Positions 31,269 to 32,000 of a DNA stretch of 32,000 nucleotides are shown here, in pieces (position 1 is the stretch's first letter; every line of letters starts with the position of its first letter). Source of the DNA: an uncultured Chloroflexia bacterium (GTDB lineage Bacteria > Chloroflexota > Anaerolineae > Anaerolineales > Anaerolineaceae); the NCBI GenBank assembly GCA_963704755.1, contig OY969938.1, positions 1,830,001 to 1,862,000 of the forward strand. The letters are read 5' to 3'. Both the position numbers and the translations under genes were made by a program. The notes below the pieces were generated by a model. That model worked only from the letters and a program-made list of their open reading frames with translations. It was not told the origin of the DNA and made no database searches.

Positions 31269-31944
31269 GGTAGTCGTCCACCGTGATTTTGGCTACGGCG
31301 GTTTCAACAACGACATCCGCGGGAATTTCACCATCTCAATTTCCGGCGACGCCACGGCAGTTGCCTCGGTCGAATTCACCATCGACGGGCAGGAAATGAG
31401 CACCGTCAGCCAGGCGCCCTTCAAATACAGCTTCGTGACCGGCGATTACCCGGATGGAATCCACGAAATGGGCGCCGTGGTCACCCTGAAGGACGGGACA
31501 ACGCTTAACCCCACGCCTGAATCGTATAACTTTATCTCCGCTAACGCCGAACAGGTTAATATGGGCCAAATTCTCTGGCCCTTGTTGGGGATTATCGTGG
31601 CGGTGATCGCGATCGTGATCCTATCGCAAGTGCTGGCCAGCCGGCGCGGGCTGGCTCATGTGGAGCCGGGTACCCAGCGCAATTACGGCATCGCCGGTGG
31701 TGCGGTTTGCCCCAAATGCGGGCGGCCTACCCCGCTGCACATGATGAGCATCAACCTGTTGGCCGGTAAGTACGACCGCTGCGAGAACTGCGGCAAGTGG
31801 AGCGTCATGCGCCGGGCCAGTATCGCCGATCTGCGCGCTGCCGAAGAAGCCGAAGCCGCCGCGAGCAAGCCCACCGACCTGCCCGAGAAGAGCGAAGAAG
31901 AAAAACTGCGCGATATGCTGGATAAATCGAAATATATGGATTGA
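31159..31944 (+). CDS. membrane protein: signal peptide, Ig-like extracytoplasmic domain, TM helix, cytoplasmic zinc ribbon, acidic tail
   Basis: SISLPISIFAGLAALLLSLVLFSPALAQA is signal-like. VASVEFTIDGQEMSTVSQAPFKYSFVTGDYPDGIHEMGAVVTLKDGTT resembles bacterial Ig-like domains. ILWPLLGIIVAVIAIVILSQVLA is a TM helix. CPKCGRPTP...CENCGKW is a CxxC...CxxC ribbon. Confidence 0.7.
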   Translation: MNTKKSISLPISIFAGLAALLLSLVLFSPALAQAGYKVVVHRDFGYGGFNNDIRGNFTISISGDATAVASVEFTIDGQEMSTVSQAPFKYSFVTGDYPDGIHEMGAVVTLKDGTTLNPTPESYNFISANAEQVNMGQILWPLLGIIVAVIAIVILSQVLASRRGLAHVEPGTQRNYGIAGGAVCPKCGRPTPLHMMSINLLAGKYDRCENCGKWSVMRRASIADLRAAEEAEAAASKPTDLPEKSEEEKLRDMLDKSKYMD

Positions 31945-31946
31945 AT

Positions 31947-31987
31947 GATCAAAGGAATGTCGCAAGAAATGCGACATTCCTTTGATC
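31947..31987 (+). terminator. perfect 18-bp-stem hairpin just after the last gene
   Basis: GATCAAAGGAATGTCGCA-AGAAA-TGCGACATTCCTTTGATC starts 3 nt after the stop at 31944. No clear U-tract follows. Confidence 0.6.
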
Positions 31988-32000
31988 CGGCAGCTAAAGC

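Overview
This window looks like about 32 kb of core chromosome from a moderately GC-rich bacterium. The gene content and repeat style remind me of filamentous Chloroflexota, but that is only an impression.

Coding content, left to right:
- a minus-strand replication operon: dnaB, a DnaD-domain protein, and the 5' end of a DnaC/DnaI-like loader that runs off the window
- a DUF151 bifunctional-nuclease gene
- an orphan atypical OmpR-family regulator
- a DUF389-SH3 membrane protein
- a CPA1 Na+/H+ antiporter
- an AP-superfamily phosphodiesterase-like gene
- a pseudo-receiver fused to a degenerate IS200/Y1-transposase-like domain, directly upstream of polA
- a large TPR protein
- a frameshifted SagB-type dehydrogenase
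- murJ
- a frameshifted dCache chemoreceptor
- a four-gene Na+-translocating methylmalonyl-CoA-decarboxylase-type operon
- an ABC-2 transporter pair followed by an Ig-like/zinc-ribbon membrane protein

I saw no rRNA, tRNA or CRISPR array.

The unusual content is non-coding. There are two large tandem arrays: 3 x ~330 bp at 16990-17985 and ~4.8 x 243 bp at 28082-29256. Both are built from nested hairpins around a GTTGGGTT core flanked by GTAG/CTAC, which is a REP-like signature. Both are preceded by the same ordered set of smaller repeat modules. A third, decayed mosaic lies upstream of murJ. Several very long perfect palindromes sit at gene ends and in one divergent promoter.

The Y1-transposase-like fusion protein together with these GTAG-flanked palindromes is my best candidate for something undescribed. 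The link between them is inference.

Three genes carry frame-disrupting lesions (two 1-nt indels and one in-frame TAG). These may be real decay or assembly error.

All similarity statements come from reading the translations by eye. No searches were run.
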